Origin: an uncultured Planctomycetota bacterium
GTDB lineage: Bacteria; Planctomycetota; Planctomycetia; Isosphaerales; Isosphaeraceae
Assembly (NCBI GenBank): GCA_963823665.1
Contig: CAWGMQ010000003.1
Span: 256,001-320,000, forward strand
Reading direction: 5' to 3'
Length of the DNA: 64,000 nucleotides
The notes below the pieces were generated by a model. That model searched no databases, had not been told where the DNA came from, and was given only the letters and a program-made list of their open reading frames with translations. The position numbers and the translations under genes were made by a program. Numbering within the stretch: position 1 is the stretch's first letter; every line of letters starts with the position of its first letter. This document shows positions 11,416 to 22,764 of this stretch, one piece after another.

Positions 11416-11844
11416 GTTCAGGATACAGGGAAATGCGGGGAACACAAATGGAGAATCTCAGGCTCAGGGGATGCAGACGTTTCTCTCGGCCTACGCAAAT
11501 GCCAGGTCTCGGCGGTGCCGGTTCAACGGGCACGTTCTCCAGAACGGTTGACGGACGGAGCTGATCGAAGACGAGTTGCGTTGGACGAAGGCGCACCACG
11601 CCTGGACTCTTGAGAGCCAGAACGTCGTCGATGGCATCAGGGCGATGTTAGATCCCGGTCAATCGCGGCTTTGCAGCGTAGTCGGTGTCTCGGGCTGGAA
11701 GGTGAAGCAAGCGCCGGTGTGGCTCGGCAGGAGCTTCGCGCTCTCGGAAGCGGTGGCCTTCCGGGCTGGCGGCGCTTTCATCGCATGTGGACCGATCGGG
11801 GACCCTTCGCGAAGCGAAGGGCGACAATGGGGACCGACGCGCGG

Positions 11845-13164
11845 TCACCGAGCCGATGCGCCCGCCCCTGCCGGCTCGACCAGCTCATGAATACGCCCGT
11901 CGAAGGCCAAGATGTAGAGCTCGCCCTGGGAATCCTCGCCGAAGGACGCGATGTTTAGCTTCTGGGTCTTGCGCATGTCAATCAGCTCGCCGCTGGCGAG
12001 CAGCTTGCCGTTCTCATAGCGGAGGCCCCAGATCCGGCCGCTGTCGAAATCGCCGTAGACGTAGACCCCTGCGAGCGAGGGTACTTTTTTGCCGCGGTAG
12101 ACGTAACCGCCGGTGATGCTCAAGCCGCTATCCGGGCGGTCGCGGGTCGGGGCATGCGGATATTCGACGATCGGGGGCGCGATCTTGGAGGCGGAGTCGG
12201 CCCGCTGGCGGCGCTGGGGTTGAAAGGCATGAAACCCTTCCCTGATGCTCCAGCCGTAGTTGCCGCCGTTCTCGATGCGATGCACCATCTCCCACAGGTT
12301 TTGCCCGACGTCGCCGGCCCACAGGTCCCCGGTCTGGCGGTCGAAGCTGAACTTCCAGACGTTGCGCAGGCCAATGCAATAAACCTCGGGCGCCCACCGC
12401 GCGAACTTCCTTGCTCGCTTGGCCGGGTTATCCGCGGGTATCCCGTACGGCTTGCCATCGGCCGGATGATCGACGTCGATCCGCAGGATCGATGCCCACC
12501 AGTCCGACGGGTTCTGGCCGCTGGTCAACGGGTCGTCGGCCGCTCCAGAGTCACCCAGCGTGATGTACAGGTAGCCGTCGGGCCCGAAGGCAATCGTGCC
12601 GCCATTGTGGTTTTCAAACGGGTCTTCCTTAGAAACCCAGATCCTCTGTTCACTCGCCGGATCGGCCGATCGCGGGTTGTCGCTCGACGCCTTGAATCGA
12701 GAGACAACCGAGTGCCGCTTGTTCTGGTCGTTGGCCGAATAGTAAACAAAGAAGAACTTGTTCTCCTTGTATTTGGGATGAAACGCCATCCCCAGCAGCC
12801 CTTCTTCATTTCCGCGATTGATCGGATCGGGAAGCTTGAGGAAGAGCTGCTTGACACTCGTGGATCGCTCGTTGGGAAACGACCAGATCGTGGCCGTGTG
12901 CTGCTCGACTATGAAAAGGAGGTTCGACCCGTCCGCCGGGTCAGCCATGGAAACCGGCCGATCGAACCTGAGGTTGGGAAACGCGACGGCGGTGCCCAGC
13001 ACCGGCAAGCTGGCCGTCGCTGCCTTCTTGCCCGCAGCCTTCTTCGTTTGGGCCGCGGCCGGGGTGTTCTGCGTCAGCGCGGCGATGACGATCGCCGCCA
13101 GCAGTCCTCGCCATCCGAGGGCGCAGGGCACTCCAGTCCCGATCTTCTTCCGGTGCATGGGCAT
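11845..13164 (-). CDS. PQQ-dependent glucose/sorbosone dehydrogenase-family beta-propeller protein
   Basis: EEGLLGMAFHP, NHNGGTIAFGPDGYLYITLGD, GLRNVWKFSFD, GGNYGWS, SITGGYVYRG, SFGED; signal peptide. Confidence 0.9.
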   Translation of the reverse strand: MPMHRKKIGTGVPCALGWRGLLAAIVIAALTQNTPAAAQTKKAAGKKAATASLPVLGTAVAFPNLRFDRPVSMADPADGSNLLFIVEQHTATIWSFPNERSTSVKQLFLKLPDPINRGNEEGLLGMAFHPKYKENKFFFVYYSANDQNKRHSVVSRFKASSDNPRSADPASEQRIWVSKEDPFENHNGGTIAFGPDGYLYITLGDSGAADDPLTSGQNPSDWWASILRIDVDHPADGKPYGIPADNPAKRARKFARWAPEVYCIGLRNVWKFSFDRQTGDLWAGDVGQNLWEMVHRIENGGNYGWSIREGFHAFQPQRRQRADSASKIAPPIVEYPHAPTRDRPDSGLSITGGYVYRGKKVPSLAGVYVYGDFDSGRIWGLRYENGKLLASGELIDMRKTQKLNIASFGEDSQGELYILAFDGRIHELVEPAGAGASAR

Positions 13165-13168
13165 CGTC

Positions 13169-14701
13169 TCATTTCTCCATTTTTTTCGGCTTGCCGTTAT
13201 TCCAGATCGGCGCGACGTCGGCCGAGCATTGTTCACGAATACCGTTTTCACTCAGCACTTCTGCCGTGGCTGCGATCGCTGCTTCTCGCGGAAAGACGAT
13301 CAGCTCGCTGTACTTGCCCAGGAACTTGAATTCGACGAACTCGTCTGTAAGGTCACGAAGTGTTTCGACCAGGTGCTTCAGGTTGCGGATTTTTATGCCG
13401 TTGACCTGGGAAATGGCGTCGGCATACGGCCCCCTGTAACCGGTGCTGATCTTGTGGACGAACATCGGGTGCGCGAGCAGGACGATTCGTTCCTCGGGAA
13501 AGGAAGGACGGTCTCCATACCGGCTGAGCATCGGATTACCCTGGTTGGCATACCCGAGCAGCGTATCGGCACCATCGCCGTACGTGAAGGCCCGGACGTA
13601 GTTTTCGGTCGCTTCCGTGAAAACCAGAGGTCCATAAATGAAATACGATGGAGCGTTGCCGGCCAGATACGGAAAAAGCCAGCGGTCCTGAGTCGGGCTG
13701 ACAGGAACCTCCACGACCTGCTCCGCGCCGTTGCGAAGGATCGTGAGCCGCAACTTGTTATCGCGCGCGAGCCGCTGCACCAGGTAGTGGAACCGAAAGT
13801 GGTGATCGTCGACCTGCACCATCCCTGCGTTGTCGATCAAGTGATCGCCGATCCGGGTCACGATGTCGCCGGCTTGCAGCAGAAAAGGTCCGTCGTGTAT
13901 TTCCACGGTCTTGACGAGGACACCCGTGGTCTTCTTGTCGAGCTTGAGCTTGCGCCTGAGCGCCAGATTCTCGAGGTTTTGAAACCCGTCGATCAAGACG
14001 GGCTTGCCGTCGTACCGGCCATCCTCGACGTCTTTCAAGAAGAGCTCGATTTCCTCCATGGGGATGATGTAACCGATGTTATCGGCCTGCTGAAGCTTGC
14101 TGAAGACCAGCCCGATCATCTTTCCGTCGGCAACCGCCGGGCCGCCGCTGTTGCCCGGGTTGATCGCCGCGTCGATCTGGATGCGCAGTCCCTCGGTCAC
14201 CTGATAATACTCGGCGTACTCGAGCCGCGACACGATCCCACGAGTGATCGAGAGGTCCATCCCCCCCTCGGGATATCCGTAGGCAAAGACCGTTTGCTGG
14301 ATCTTGGGGAGCTGCTTCTGGTGCGGCAGAGCGGGATGTTTGTCAAAGAACTCGGCGTCATCGAGCTTGAGCACCGCCAGATCGATCGACGCCGCGATCG
14401 CAACAACCTTCGCAGGCAGCTTGTCGCTGGACCTGTCGGGCTGAACGAAGATCTGGCTTGCGCAGTTCACGACGTGCGCGTTTGTCAATATGCGTTTATC
14501 GGAGATGACCACGCCGGAGCCGGTCACTTCCTGGGGCGAGCTCTTGGTCCAGGGCCGGAACATGTCTGCCGTACGGGTCGATGCGGTGATCTTGACGACG
14601 GACTTGCGCACCTTGGCGTCATCGTCCTGGGCGGAGGCAACGCGTGCCGTGAGCGTGACGAGAAGACTTGCGGCGATGATGAGCCTGTTGCAATTCCACA
14701 C
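13169..14701 (-). CDS. HtrA/DegP-like trypsin serine protease with PDZ domains
   Basis: GSGVVI, LTNAHVV, DLAVL, IDAAINPGNSGGP; signal peptide; two PDZ-like regions. Confidence 0.92.
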   Translation of the reverse strand: MWNCNRLIIAASLLVTLTARVASAQDDDAKVRKSVVKITASTRTADMFRPWTKSSPQEVTGSGVVISDKRILTNAHVVNCASQIFVQPDRSSDKLPAKVVAIAASIDLAVLKLDDAEFFDKHPALPHQKQLPKIQQTVFAYGYPEGGMDLSITRGIVSRLEYAEYYQVTEGLRIQIDAAINPGNSGGPAVADGKMIGLVFSKLQQADNIGYIIPMEEIELFLKDVEDGRYDGKPVLIDGFQNLENLALRRKLKLDKKTTGVLVKTVEIHDGPFLLQAGDIVTRIGDHLIDNAGMVQVDDHHFRFHYLVQRLARDNKLRLTILRNGAEQVVEVPVSPTQDRWLFPYLAGNAPSYFIYGPLVFTEATENYVRAFTYGDGADTLLGYANQGNPMLSRYGDRPSFPEERIVLLAHPMFVHKISTGYRGPYADAISQVNGIKIRNLKHLVETLRDLTDEFVEFKFLGKYSELIVFPREAAIAATAEVLSENGIREQCSADVAPIWNNGKPKKMEK

Positions 14702-14843
14702 GCGACTGACTCCGAGGCAATTTCTTGAATCTCGATTTCGGGAGCGATTTGTTGTACTTGAGAAGACAGTTTCCTGACGCCGGACCGGTATCAGTGTATT
14801 ATGAGGTTCTGCATTCGATCAAAGCCAATCTGCAGTCGCCGCT

Positions 14844-15089
14844 ATGAAAGTGATCAATCTGGCTGAGAGCCGGCCGACGCTCGACGATGTGATTCGGCTT
14901 GCGCGGAACGGAGTCGTTGTATTGCGCGAAGCGGATGGTACGGCTTTCGCGCTCGCCGCCCTCGACGATTTTGACGTCGAGGTTGAGCTGTTGCGAAACA
15001 GTCCGGACTTCCTGAGTTTCCTGAGGCAGCTCTCAAGCGAGAGAGCTTCAATCACGCTCGACGATCTTCGGGCGGAACTGGCCCTTTGA
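14844..15089 (+). CDS. Small protein, Phd/YefM antitoxin-like (81 aa)
   Basis: MKVINL..TLDDVIRLARNGVVVLR..G..FAL; acidic C-terminus ITLDDLRAEL; TG-TATTAT upstream. Confidence 0.5.
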   Translation: MKVINLAESRPTLDDVIRLARNGVVVLREADGTAFALAALDDFDVEVELLRNSPDFLSFLRQLSSERASITLDDLRAELAL

Positions 15090-15110
15090 AGCCCGACCAT
15101 CGAATCGCGC

Positions 15111-16754
15111 TCAAATCTCGGCAAGCACCCGGTGGGCGCACGTGACCGCCAGGGCGCCGTCGCCGACGGCGAATGCCACGCGCTTGGTGGTGCCGCTGCG
15201 GACATCGCCCGCCGCGAAGACTCCGGGACAGGTGGTCTCAACCGTGCACGGCTCGCGGTCGGCAAGCGGCCAGCGGTCGGATTTGGCGGCATCGGCTCCG
15301 GTCAGGATGAAGCCCTTGGAATCGACGGCGATGCTCGGAGGCAGCCAGTCGGTCCTGGGCTTCGCGCCGATGAAAACAAAAACGGCCGAGCAATCGAGGT
15401 CGCGGGAACTGGAGCCGCGCAGATCGCGAAGCCGCAGCCTCGTGATCGTGCGGTCGCCGTGGATGGCGTCAATCTCGACATGACGGATGACTTCGATTCT
15501 CGGGTGGCGCTCGATCCGCCGCGCGAGGTAGTCGGACATGCTCTTGCGCAGGTCGTCACCACGCAAGAGCAGCGTGGCGCCGCTTGTTTGTTCGGCGAGG
15601 AACATCACGGCCTGACCCGCCGAGTTGCCGCCGCCCACGACGGCGGCGCGGCCATCACGGCATGAGCGCGCGTGAACCGACGTGCAGGAATAAAAGATCC
15701 CGGAGCCCTCCCAGCGCTCGCAACCCGCGACGGGAAGGCGTTGATACGATGCGCCCGTGGCGATCAGAATGGTTCGTCCGCTGACGACCTGGCCGTCGTC
15801 GAGGACGAGCCGGTGCAAGCGGTTCTCGCACGTCATGGAGCGGACCTCGACCGGAGCGACGAGCTCGGCCCCGAACTTGAGGGCCTGGAGATAACCCCGA
15901 TTGGCAAGGTCAGCCCCGGTGAGACCGGCGGGGAACCCCATGTAGTTCTCGATCCGCGAGCTGGTTCCTGCCTGGCCGCCGGGTCCGAAGCGGTCGAGCA
16001 CGATGGTGGCGAGGCCCTCCGAGGCACCATAGACCGCGGCCGCGAGTCCGGCCGGGCCGGCCCCCACGATGACCAGATCAAACGGCTCCGTACGAATCTG
16101 GCGCTTGAGGCCCAGGCACTCGGCGAGCCGGGTGACCGTCGGGCGCGGCGACCGTGTGCCCCGGTTGCAGGCGACGAACGGCAGTTGGTCCGGCCTCACA
16201 TCCAGCTCTTTCAGCGCGGCTTTTCCCTCCGCTCCGTCGGCGTCGATCCAGGTATGCGGCACCTTATTCTTGTCAAAGAACTCGCGGATGACGGTGACGT
16301 CCGGATCTCCAAGGTGTCCGAGAAGTCGCACGCCGACGAAGCCGGAACGCTCCAGCATGATCCGGCGAGTCTGAAATGCCTCGAGCAGCTTGTCGCTCAG
16401 ATCGGGAATCTCCTGGATGATTCGCCGCAGCTCACCCTGACTGACGCAGTAGGCCCGGCAAGCCCCTCTGGCATAAGCCGAAACGGCGGCCGGCCGGTCG
16501 GTGAGGAGCGAGACGTCACCGGTGAACTCGCGTGGGCCATGAACAACGACCGTTTTCGGCTCGGCGCGCGATTCATCCACGATCGCAATTTCACCGGAAA
16601 TCACGACGTAGAGCGGCAGCCCGCGCTGGCCTGCCTGAAAGATCGGCTCGCCGTCCTCAAACGAGCATGTCTTTGCGAGCGACGCGAGGCATTCGAGCTC
16701 TTCCTCGCTGAGCTTTGGAAATGCGATGTGATGCGCGTATTCGACAGTCGCCAT
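15111..16754 (-). CDS. cNMP-binding domain fused to thioredoxin-reductase-like FAD oxidoreductase
   Basis: N-terminal FPKLS..GPREFTGDVSLL cNMP fold; IVGAGPAGLAAAVY, SSRIENYMGFP, VVGGGNSAGQA, FAAGDVRSG. Confidence 0.9.
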   Translation of the reverse strand: MATVEYAHHIAFPKLSEEELECLASLAKTCSFEDGEPIFQAGQRGLPLYVVISGEIAIVDESRAEPKTVVVHGPREFTGDVSLLTDRPAAVSAYARGACRAYCVSQGELRRIIQEIPDLSDKLLEAFQTRRIMLERSGFVGVRLLGHLGDPDVTVIREFFDKNKVPHTWIDADGAEGKAALKELDVRPDQLPFVACNRGTRSPRPTVTRLAECLGLKRQIRTEPFDLVIVGAGPAGLAAAVYGASEGLATIVLDRFGPGGQAGTSSRIENYMGFPAGLTGADLANRGYLQALKFGAELVAPVEVRSMTCENRLHRLVLDDGQVVSGRTILIATGASYQRLPVAGCERWEGSGIFYSCTSVHARSCRDGRAAVVGGGNSAGQAVMFLAEQTSGATLLLRGDDLRKSMSDYLARRIERHPRIEVIRHVEIDAIHGDRTITRLRLRDLRGSSSRDLDCSAVFVFIGAKPRTDWLPPSIAVDSKGFILTGADAAKSDRWPLADREPCTVETTCPGVFAAGDVRSGTTKRVAFAVGDGALAVTCAHRVLAEI

Positions 16755-16949
16755 GGGCTCGAGCTCTCCCTTGCTTCGTTCCGTCCTGTGAACTGTGCAG
16801 ACGTGGGCGAATATGAGATCGTCGCTTGATTTACGTATGCGAGTCAAGACCAGGTCTGCTCTGTCGAGCAAGATGAAGGCACCGCGACTCGGCATGCGGA
16901 GCGGCGGCCTGGAAAATGACCTCGCTCGACTCTTCACGCCCCGGTGTGG

Positions 16950-19900
16950 TCAATCGGGCACGAATACATTCGCAGGCAGATCGGCGAGCCCGAGCCTCTG
17001 CTTCCACGCCGCGGCCTCGGCAGGCTTGCCCCACTCCTCGTACAGCCGCAACACCCGACTCGCCGCTTCGTTCAGAGCCGATTTGTATTGCGCCGGGATC
17101 TTCCCTTCGCGCGCCTTCATGCCGTTGTAACCGCCAACGATCAATGGCTCCGCGTCCGCGAACTTGTTCTGGCGCACCAAGACTTCTCCGATCAGAGATC
17201 GGCCGCTGAACATATCCCAATCGTCGGGCCGCGCCTTTTCGACGATTACCATGGACTCGCGAAGGATCGCCTCCGCCCCGGCCCACTTCCTCTGATGGAT
17301 CAGATTCTGGCCTAGACCCGAAAGCGACGCCGCGATCGCAAGGTCGGCCGGCCCAAACTGTTTGCGAGCGCGGTCAAGCGCCTTGCGCAAGAGAGGCTCA
17401 GCACTCGCATGTTTGCCGGCGCGGTCGTAGGCAGTGGCCAGTTCCGCCTCGGCCATCGCGGCTAGTCCCGCAGTTGCTCCGGAATTCGCACTCATACGGT
17501 CGAGCGCCTGTTCCATTAATCGGATTCCATCGTTCAAACGGCCTGCGTCACGGTAGTTTATTCCCAAATTGATTTTTACCCCGAGTGTGGTGGGATGGCC
17601 AGCCCCGAGCGCGCGTTCCGTATTCTCGAGGTTCGCTTCGAGCAGCGGGATAGAACGATCCAGCCTGCCCTGCTTCCAATAGGCGATGGCGAGGTTGTTT
17701 CGGGCGACCAGGGTGGTCGGGTGGCCTGGCCCGAGTTTCGACTCCATCTGCTTGAGCGTCGCCTCCTGCATTTTGACGGCGAGGTCGGCGCGTCCGGTTG
17801 CACGGTAGGCAACCGCGAGATTTGTCCGGGCAGTGAGTGTAGTAGGATTGTCAGAACCGAGCTTCGACTCCATCAGCTTGAGTACCTCTTCGAACATCTT
17901 GATGGCGTCGTCGGTGCGACCGGCAGCGGAGTAGGCGTGCGCGAGATTATTGCGGCCGGCGAGCGTATCGGGATGAGTAGCGCCGAGCTTCTGCTCGTAC
18001 CGTTCGAGCGTGGTCTCGAGGAGCTTGATAGCAAGCTCAGTGCGGCCGGCCTTGTTGTAGGCTGTCGCCAGATTATTGCGGCTCTGTAGCGTGTAAAGAT
18101 TGTTCACGCCGAGCGTCGACTCCAGACGCGCAAGGGTCGCCTCGTGAAGCTTGATCGCTTCGTCGATGAGGCCCGCGTCGTAATAGGAATTGGCGAGGTT
18201 GTTGCGAACGCCGAGCGTGTCGCGGTGGTCGGGGCCAAGCTTCGATTCCATGATCTTGAGCACGGCGTTCTGCATTTTCATGGCTTTGTCGGTTCGACCC
18301 ACCTTCCAGTAGGCCGAAGCGAGGTCGGAGCGGCAGGTTACCGTGTCGGCGTGGTCTGGGCCGAGCTTCGATTCGAGTTCCTCGAGCGTAGCCTCGAGCA
18401 TCGTGACGGCTAGCTCTGCGCGACCGGCGCTCGAGTAAGCCTCGGCGAGATTGTGACGGCTTACGAGGGTCTCATGATCGTCGGATCCGAGCCTCGCTTG
18501 ACGCAGCTCGAGGGCACGCTCCAACTGCGGAATGGCCAGCGCCGCCTCACCGAGGTGGTGGTAAGTCACCCCTAGCGTGTCTCGCACGTCGGCCTCGACG
18601 AGCGCTTGGTTCTGGAACCTTTCGGCGATCTTGGGCTCGGCGTCGTCGATTGCCTTGCGCAGGGTGATGTCCCTCGCAATCCCCCCATCCCTCCCCTCGG
18701 GCCGCGTGGCCGCGAGCACATCGTTCTTGAGAAATGCCAGTAGTGACTCGGCCCGCTGCCGCGACTCGTCAGACTTGTGGAGCGCTTTGATGGCCTCGTT
18801 CTTCGCGTCGGTGGTCGCGGCGCTCGCGGCGGCCAGGTCGGTGTAGGCCTTCGCCTGCACGATCGCCACGGCCGAAAGGCCCATGACACCGACGACGAGA
18901 GCCGCCGCCGCGCTGGTGACCGCCGTCCGTTGGCGCCGCGCCCATCGCCGGGCCCGAACGGCGAGCGGCTCCCGCCACGCAGAGACCGGCTCATCAGCCA
19001 GCCAGCGCTCAAGGTCAGCTTTGAACGCCTCGGCTGACTCGTATCGATCGGCTGGCGCGATCGCCATTGCCTTCAGGCAGATCGCCTCAAGCGCCGCGGC
19101 AATGCGGCGATTATGCGACCGAGGCGGCGGGATGTCCCCCGCCATCACCTTCTGATAAACCTCTGCGCGGTCGGGCGCCTCACACGGAGCACGGCCCGTA
19201 AGCAGATGGTATAGCGTAGCGCCCAGACAGTACACATCGCTTCGTACTCCCAGATCACCAACTCGACCGAGGACCTGCTCGGGGCTCATGTAAGCCGGTG
19301 TACCCACCGCCGACCCCGCGCGGGTCGACTCGAGCGCGCTACCGGAGGCGGGCTTGAGCGGAAGCTCTGGTCGCTGGCTCGGGATCTCGGGCTCGGTTTC
19401 ATCAAGCATCTTGGCCAGGCCCCAATCAACCACGAGCGTTTCACCGTAATTGCCCAGCATGATGTTGGCGGGCTTCAGATCGCGATGCAGCACACGCCGG
19501 CTGTGCGCATAGGCCACCGCATCGCAAACGTCGATGAACCGGCCGAGGAGCTCGCGCAACTCCAGCGTGCTTTGCCCCTCGTCACGCCCAGACTGGTGCT
19601 CGGCTTCATGAAAACGGCGTATCGCTTCCTTGAGACTGCTGCCCCTCACAAACCTCATTGCATAGAACGGCCGCCCGTCGGGTAGATGACCCAGTCCGTA
19701 AACCGGCACGATCCCGGGATGTTCCAGTCCGCCGGTCACCTCAGCCTCGAACTCGAACCTGGCTCGAACGTGCGCATCGAAAGCAAACTGGGGTTGAATC
19801 TCCTTGAGCGCAACCTCGCGATTGAGCTCCGTATCTCGGGCAACGAACACCTCGCCAAGTCCCCCCTTCGCATGAGGGCGGAGAATGAGAAATCGGGCGG

Positions 19901-20300
19901 CATAGGAAGTCAGATGGCCAACGATCGTGGCATTGACCGCGCCCTCGGGTTCGTCGCCGTTCGGAATCTGGCTGTCGCGTAGCTGCCCCAAGCTCGCAAC
20001 GATCTCGGCGTCTGCCATTCGCGACCAGTCGTCGTGGACCGAGCCGACCGAACGAAGCGCAGCCAGGCTCTTGTGCGGATCGTTTCCGTGAATCTCGATG
20101 TGTTCTTCGACCAACCCCTCCATGAGCTTGTGGCGGCTTCGCGTGAGCGCTCCACGCTCGAGTAGAATCTGCCCGAGCGATCGAGACTTGTCAGCCACCC
20201 AGGAGTTGAAGGCTCCTAGCAATGTGTCGCGATCGACGAAGTTATTCTGCAGCGCCAGCAGACCGAACAACAGGTTCCGACTGGTGTCCACGGGTGCCAA
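16950..20300 (-). CDS. Ser/Thr protein kinase with TM segment and TPR array
   Basis: GGLGEV, VALKE, HRDLKPAN, DWGLAK, GTPAYMSPEQ; repeated LGPDHxxTL..RNNLA units. Confidence 0.95.
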   Translation of the reverse strand: MAPVDTSRNLLFGLLALQNNFVDRDTLLGAFNSWVADKSRSLGQILLERGALTRSRHKLMEGLVEEHIEIHGNDPHKSLAALRSVGSVHDDWSRMADAEIVASLGQLRDSQIPNGDEPEGAVNATIVGHLTSYAARFLILRPHAKGGLGEVFVARDTELNREVALKEIQPQFAFDAHVRARFEFEAEVTGGLEHPGIVPVYGLGHLPDGRPFYAMRFVRGSSLKEAIRRFHEAEHQSGRDEGQSTLELRELLGRFIDVCDAVAYAHSRRVLHRDLKPANIMLGNYGETLVVDWGLAKMLDETEPEIPSQRPELPLKPASGSALESTRAGSAVGTPAYMSPEQVLGRVGDLGVRSDVYCLGATLYHLLTGRAPCEAPDRAEVYQKVMAGDIPPPRSHNRRIAAALEAICLKAMAIAPADRYESAEAFKADLERWLADEPVSAWREPLAVRARRWARRQRTAVTSAAAALVVGVMGLSAVAIVQAKAYTDLAAASAATTDAKNEAIKALHKSDESRQRAESLLAFLKNDVLAATRPEGRDGGIARDITLRKAIDDAEPKIAERFQNQALVEADVRDTLGVTYHHLGEAALAIPQLERALELRQARLGSDDHETLVSRHNLAEAYSSAGRAELAVTMLEATLEELESKLGPDHADTVTCRSDLASAYWKVGRTDKAMKMQNAVLKIMESKLGPDHRDTLGVRNNLANSYYDAGLIDEAIKLHEATLARLESTLGVNNLYTLQSRNNLATAYNKAGRTELAIKLLETTLERYEQKLGATHPDTLAGRNNLAHAYSAAGRTDDAIKMFEEVLKLMESKLGSDNPTTLTARTNLAVAYRATGRADLAVKMQEATLKQMESKLGPGHPTTLVARNNLAIAYWKQGRLDRSIPLLEANLENTERALGAGHPTTLGVKINLGINYRDAGRLNDGIRLMEQALDRMSANSGATAGLAAMAEAELATAYDRAGKHASAEPLLRKALDRARKQFGPADLAIAASLSGLGQNLIHQRKWAGAEAILRESMVIVEKARPDDWDMFSGRSLIGEVLVRQNKFADAEPLIVGGYNGMKAREGKIPAQYKSALNEAASRVLRLYEEWGKPAEAAAWKQRLGLADLPANVFVPD

Positions 20301-20532
20301 TGTCGCGCCTCCTCATCAAAGCGTTTCAGGTCTGTTCACCAGCCCAGATCAATTCTAACCGTTTGCTCGCGGCCTGCGGCGCGATTGCTCTCTGGAAAAT
20401 ACAAGAATAACTGACTAGAGTTGAGCACTCTGGGTCAGTGCATCGAGCTCGCGGCCCATCCGACGCCGGCGTGTGCCGCTTTGCAGCAGGGAAGCTGAAG
20501 CGACTTCTCCCACCACCTTCAGGCCGACACCC

Positions 20533-22758
20533 ATGAATCTCAGAGTCATTCGATTCACGCCGGCGCGGGTACGGCCCCCGCGCCGGGTGCGAAACCACCC
20601 GGTCCGTGCTCTGCGCCTCGAGGCGCTCGAGGATCGGCTCGTCTTGAGCGGGCAAGGCACCTGGTCGGCATTCAACCCCGTTGGCCCGGCCCCGCGATGG
20701 GGGGCGCCGATCGTTGCACTCGGGCCCCTGTCGGTGGGCAACACGTTCGTGACTCCCGGCACCAACTACTTCTTCGGCGGTACCGACGGCACGAATACCT
20801 ACGATGACACCTGGGCCATCTCCCAGGGCACCACACTGGCAACGCGATTGCAGCCCGCGACAAGCCCCCCCGCGCGGCACGACCAGGCGGCAGTCGCTTT
20901 TAACAATAAAATGTACATATTCGGCGGCGAGGACGCGGCCGGCAACAGTTTGAGCGACGTCTGGGCTTTCGACCCGATTGCGGACACCTGGCAACAGCAA
21001 CCGAGTCAAGCGGGCGCACAGGCCTGGCCGGGCGGTTTCGACGCGGTTGCCGTCGCGATCGGGCAGCAGATCATCCTTTACGGTGGAAGCGTCTCGAGCG
21101 GCGGTGTCGCGCAGCCGGCAGCCGCTTTCGCCTACGCATACAACCCGGCTGACGGCTCGTGGACCAGGCTTTCCGCCGACCCCTTGGGGCCCGATCCGGG
21201 CGCCACGGCTGCCGCATTCGCGGGCGACATGTACGTCTTCAGCTCGACCAGCAGCACGATCGAGTCGTTCGACCCGGTCGCAAACACATGGTCAGCAGTG
21301 ACCGTGCAAGGAACGGGGCCGGCCCCGCGCGCTCACGCCGCGGGTGCCGCAATCTCGAGCATCTTCTTGCTGGAGGGTGGTGCCGGCAGCTCGGGCGACG
21401 CGTGGGAGTTCAACTTCACGACCGGCACGTGGACGCAGAAGGCGTCGTTCCCCGATTCCGGCGTCCAGTACCAGGGCGCGGCAGCCTTTTACAACTCCGG
21501 TGTCCCGCTCTTCATGGTGTACGGAGGCCAGGTCGAAAACCCGTCGACTCAAGCGCCAATCCCGAACCCCGGCGCCATCGTCGGGCGTTTTCAAGGAGTG
21601 GGAGCAGTTGTCGCATCCGATAATCTTCCGGCCGGTCTGCCTGGTCTGGTGGCGCCAGATCTCGTTGTGGCCGAGCCGGGAGGGACCGATACGTATTTCG
21701 TCGAGCTGTCGGGCGAAACCAGCTCGGCTACCGTGACGATCCCGCTCTCCAGTACCAACCCGGCCGAAGGCACTGTCTCGCCTGCACAGCTCGTATTTAC
21801 ACCCGCCAACGCGAGCACGCCCCAGATGATCACCGTCAAGGGCGGAGCCAGTACGGCCCAGAACGGCGACGTGCTCTTCCAGATCCAGTACGGGCCGATC
21901 ATCAGCGCCGACCCCGACTGGAGCGGCTTGACTGACAGCGTGCCGGTCATCGGCCGGCCGCTTCCGGCCTTCACCGTCGGCAACTTTGGCAGCTATGACA
22001 TCACGACAAACGGTTACGCGGTCAGGCAGAGCGGCGGTGCACTGCCCTTGGGTCTGAGCTTTGACCCCGCCACGGAGACGATCAGCGGCAAGCCCGATGC
22101 AGGAACGGCGAGAAGCTACACGCTCTCGTTCCAGGGAGAAGCTCCGAGTACCACGATCTCGTTCACCGTCGCGGTGGCGAACGGCTCTAACGCGGGCTCC
22201 ACAGCTCCCATCGTGACGCTGAAACCGGCCAACCAGACGGTCAGTGCAGGTCAGACAGCGCTGTTCACTGCAGAAGCAAGCGGATCGCCGGCGCCAAGCG
22301 TGCAGTGGCAGATGAGCACCGATGGCGGGAAGACGTTCACCAACATCCCCGGCGCCACTTCGACAACGCTTTCGTTGCTGGCAAAGGGGACGATGACCGG
22401 CGACGAGTACCGGGCCGTGTTCACCAACACGGCCGGCCAGATCGCGAGCATCGCAGGCATTTTGACGGTGAAAAACTTCGCGCCGATCATCACGCTTCAG
22501 CCAGCGAGCGTGAGCACGACGGCCCAGAAGATCGTCCGATTCACGGTCGTCGACGCCGCCGATCCGACGGCGACTTTCCAGTGGCAGAAGGCAGCCAAGG
22601 GCAGCTCGAAGTTCACCAACATCAAGGGCGCCACGTCGGCCACGGTCAGCGTCGCCGCCACCAAGGCCGCGAACGGCCAGAAATATCGCGTGGTGATCAC
22701 GAACAAGTTCGGCAAGGTTACGAGCCAGGCTGCGGTTCTCGAGGTCGTGAAGGCCTGA
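20533..22758 (+). CDS. Secreted Kelch-repeat + Ig-like domain protein with planctomycete LEDRxLL motif
   Basis: [11 protein letters not shown]; Kelch [31 protein letters not shown]; two I-set-like repeats (VQWQ..YRAVFTN). Confidence 0.85.
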   Translation: MNLRVIRFTPARVRPPRRVRNHPVRALRLEALEDRLVLSGQGTWSAFNPVGPAPRWGAPIVALGPLSVGNTFVTPGTNYFFGGTDGTNTYDDTWAISQGTTLATRLQPATSPPARHDQAAVAFNNKMYIFGGEDAAGNSLSDVWAFDPIADTWQQQPSQAGAQAWPGGFDAVAVAIGQQIILYGGSVSSGGVAQPAAAFAYAYNPADGSWTRLSADPLGPDPGATAAAFAGDMYVFSSTSSTIESFDPVANTWSAVTVQGTGPAPRAHAAGAAISSIFLLEGGAGSSGDAWEFNFTTGTWTQKASFPDSGVQYQGAAAFYNSGVPLFMVYGGQVENPSTQAPIPNPGAIVGRFQGVGAVVASDNLPAGLPGLVAPDLVVAEPGGTDTYFVELSGETSSATVTIPLSSTNPAEGTVSPAQLVFTPANASTPQMITVKGGASTAQNGDVLFQIQYGPIISADPDWSGLTDSVPVIGRPLPAFTVGNFGSYDITTNGYAVRQSGGALPLGLSFDPATETISGKPDAGTARSYTLSFQGEAPSTTISFTVAVANGSNAGSTAPIVTLKPANQTVSAGQTALFTAEASGSPAPSVQWQMSTDGGKTFTNIPGATSTTLSLLAKGTMTGDEYRAVFTNTAGQIASIAGILTVKNFAPIITLQPASVSTTAQKIVRFTVVDAADPTATFQWQKAAKGSSKFTNIKGATSATVSVAATKAANGQKYRVVITNKFGKVTSQAAVLEVVKA

Positions 22759-22764
22759 CGTCGA

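Noticed and set aside
12818..14728. 636-aa plus-strand ORF
   Set aside because: Antisense shadow of the HtrA and dehydrogenase genes in high-GC DNA; no motifs.
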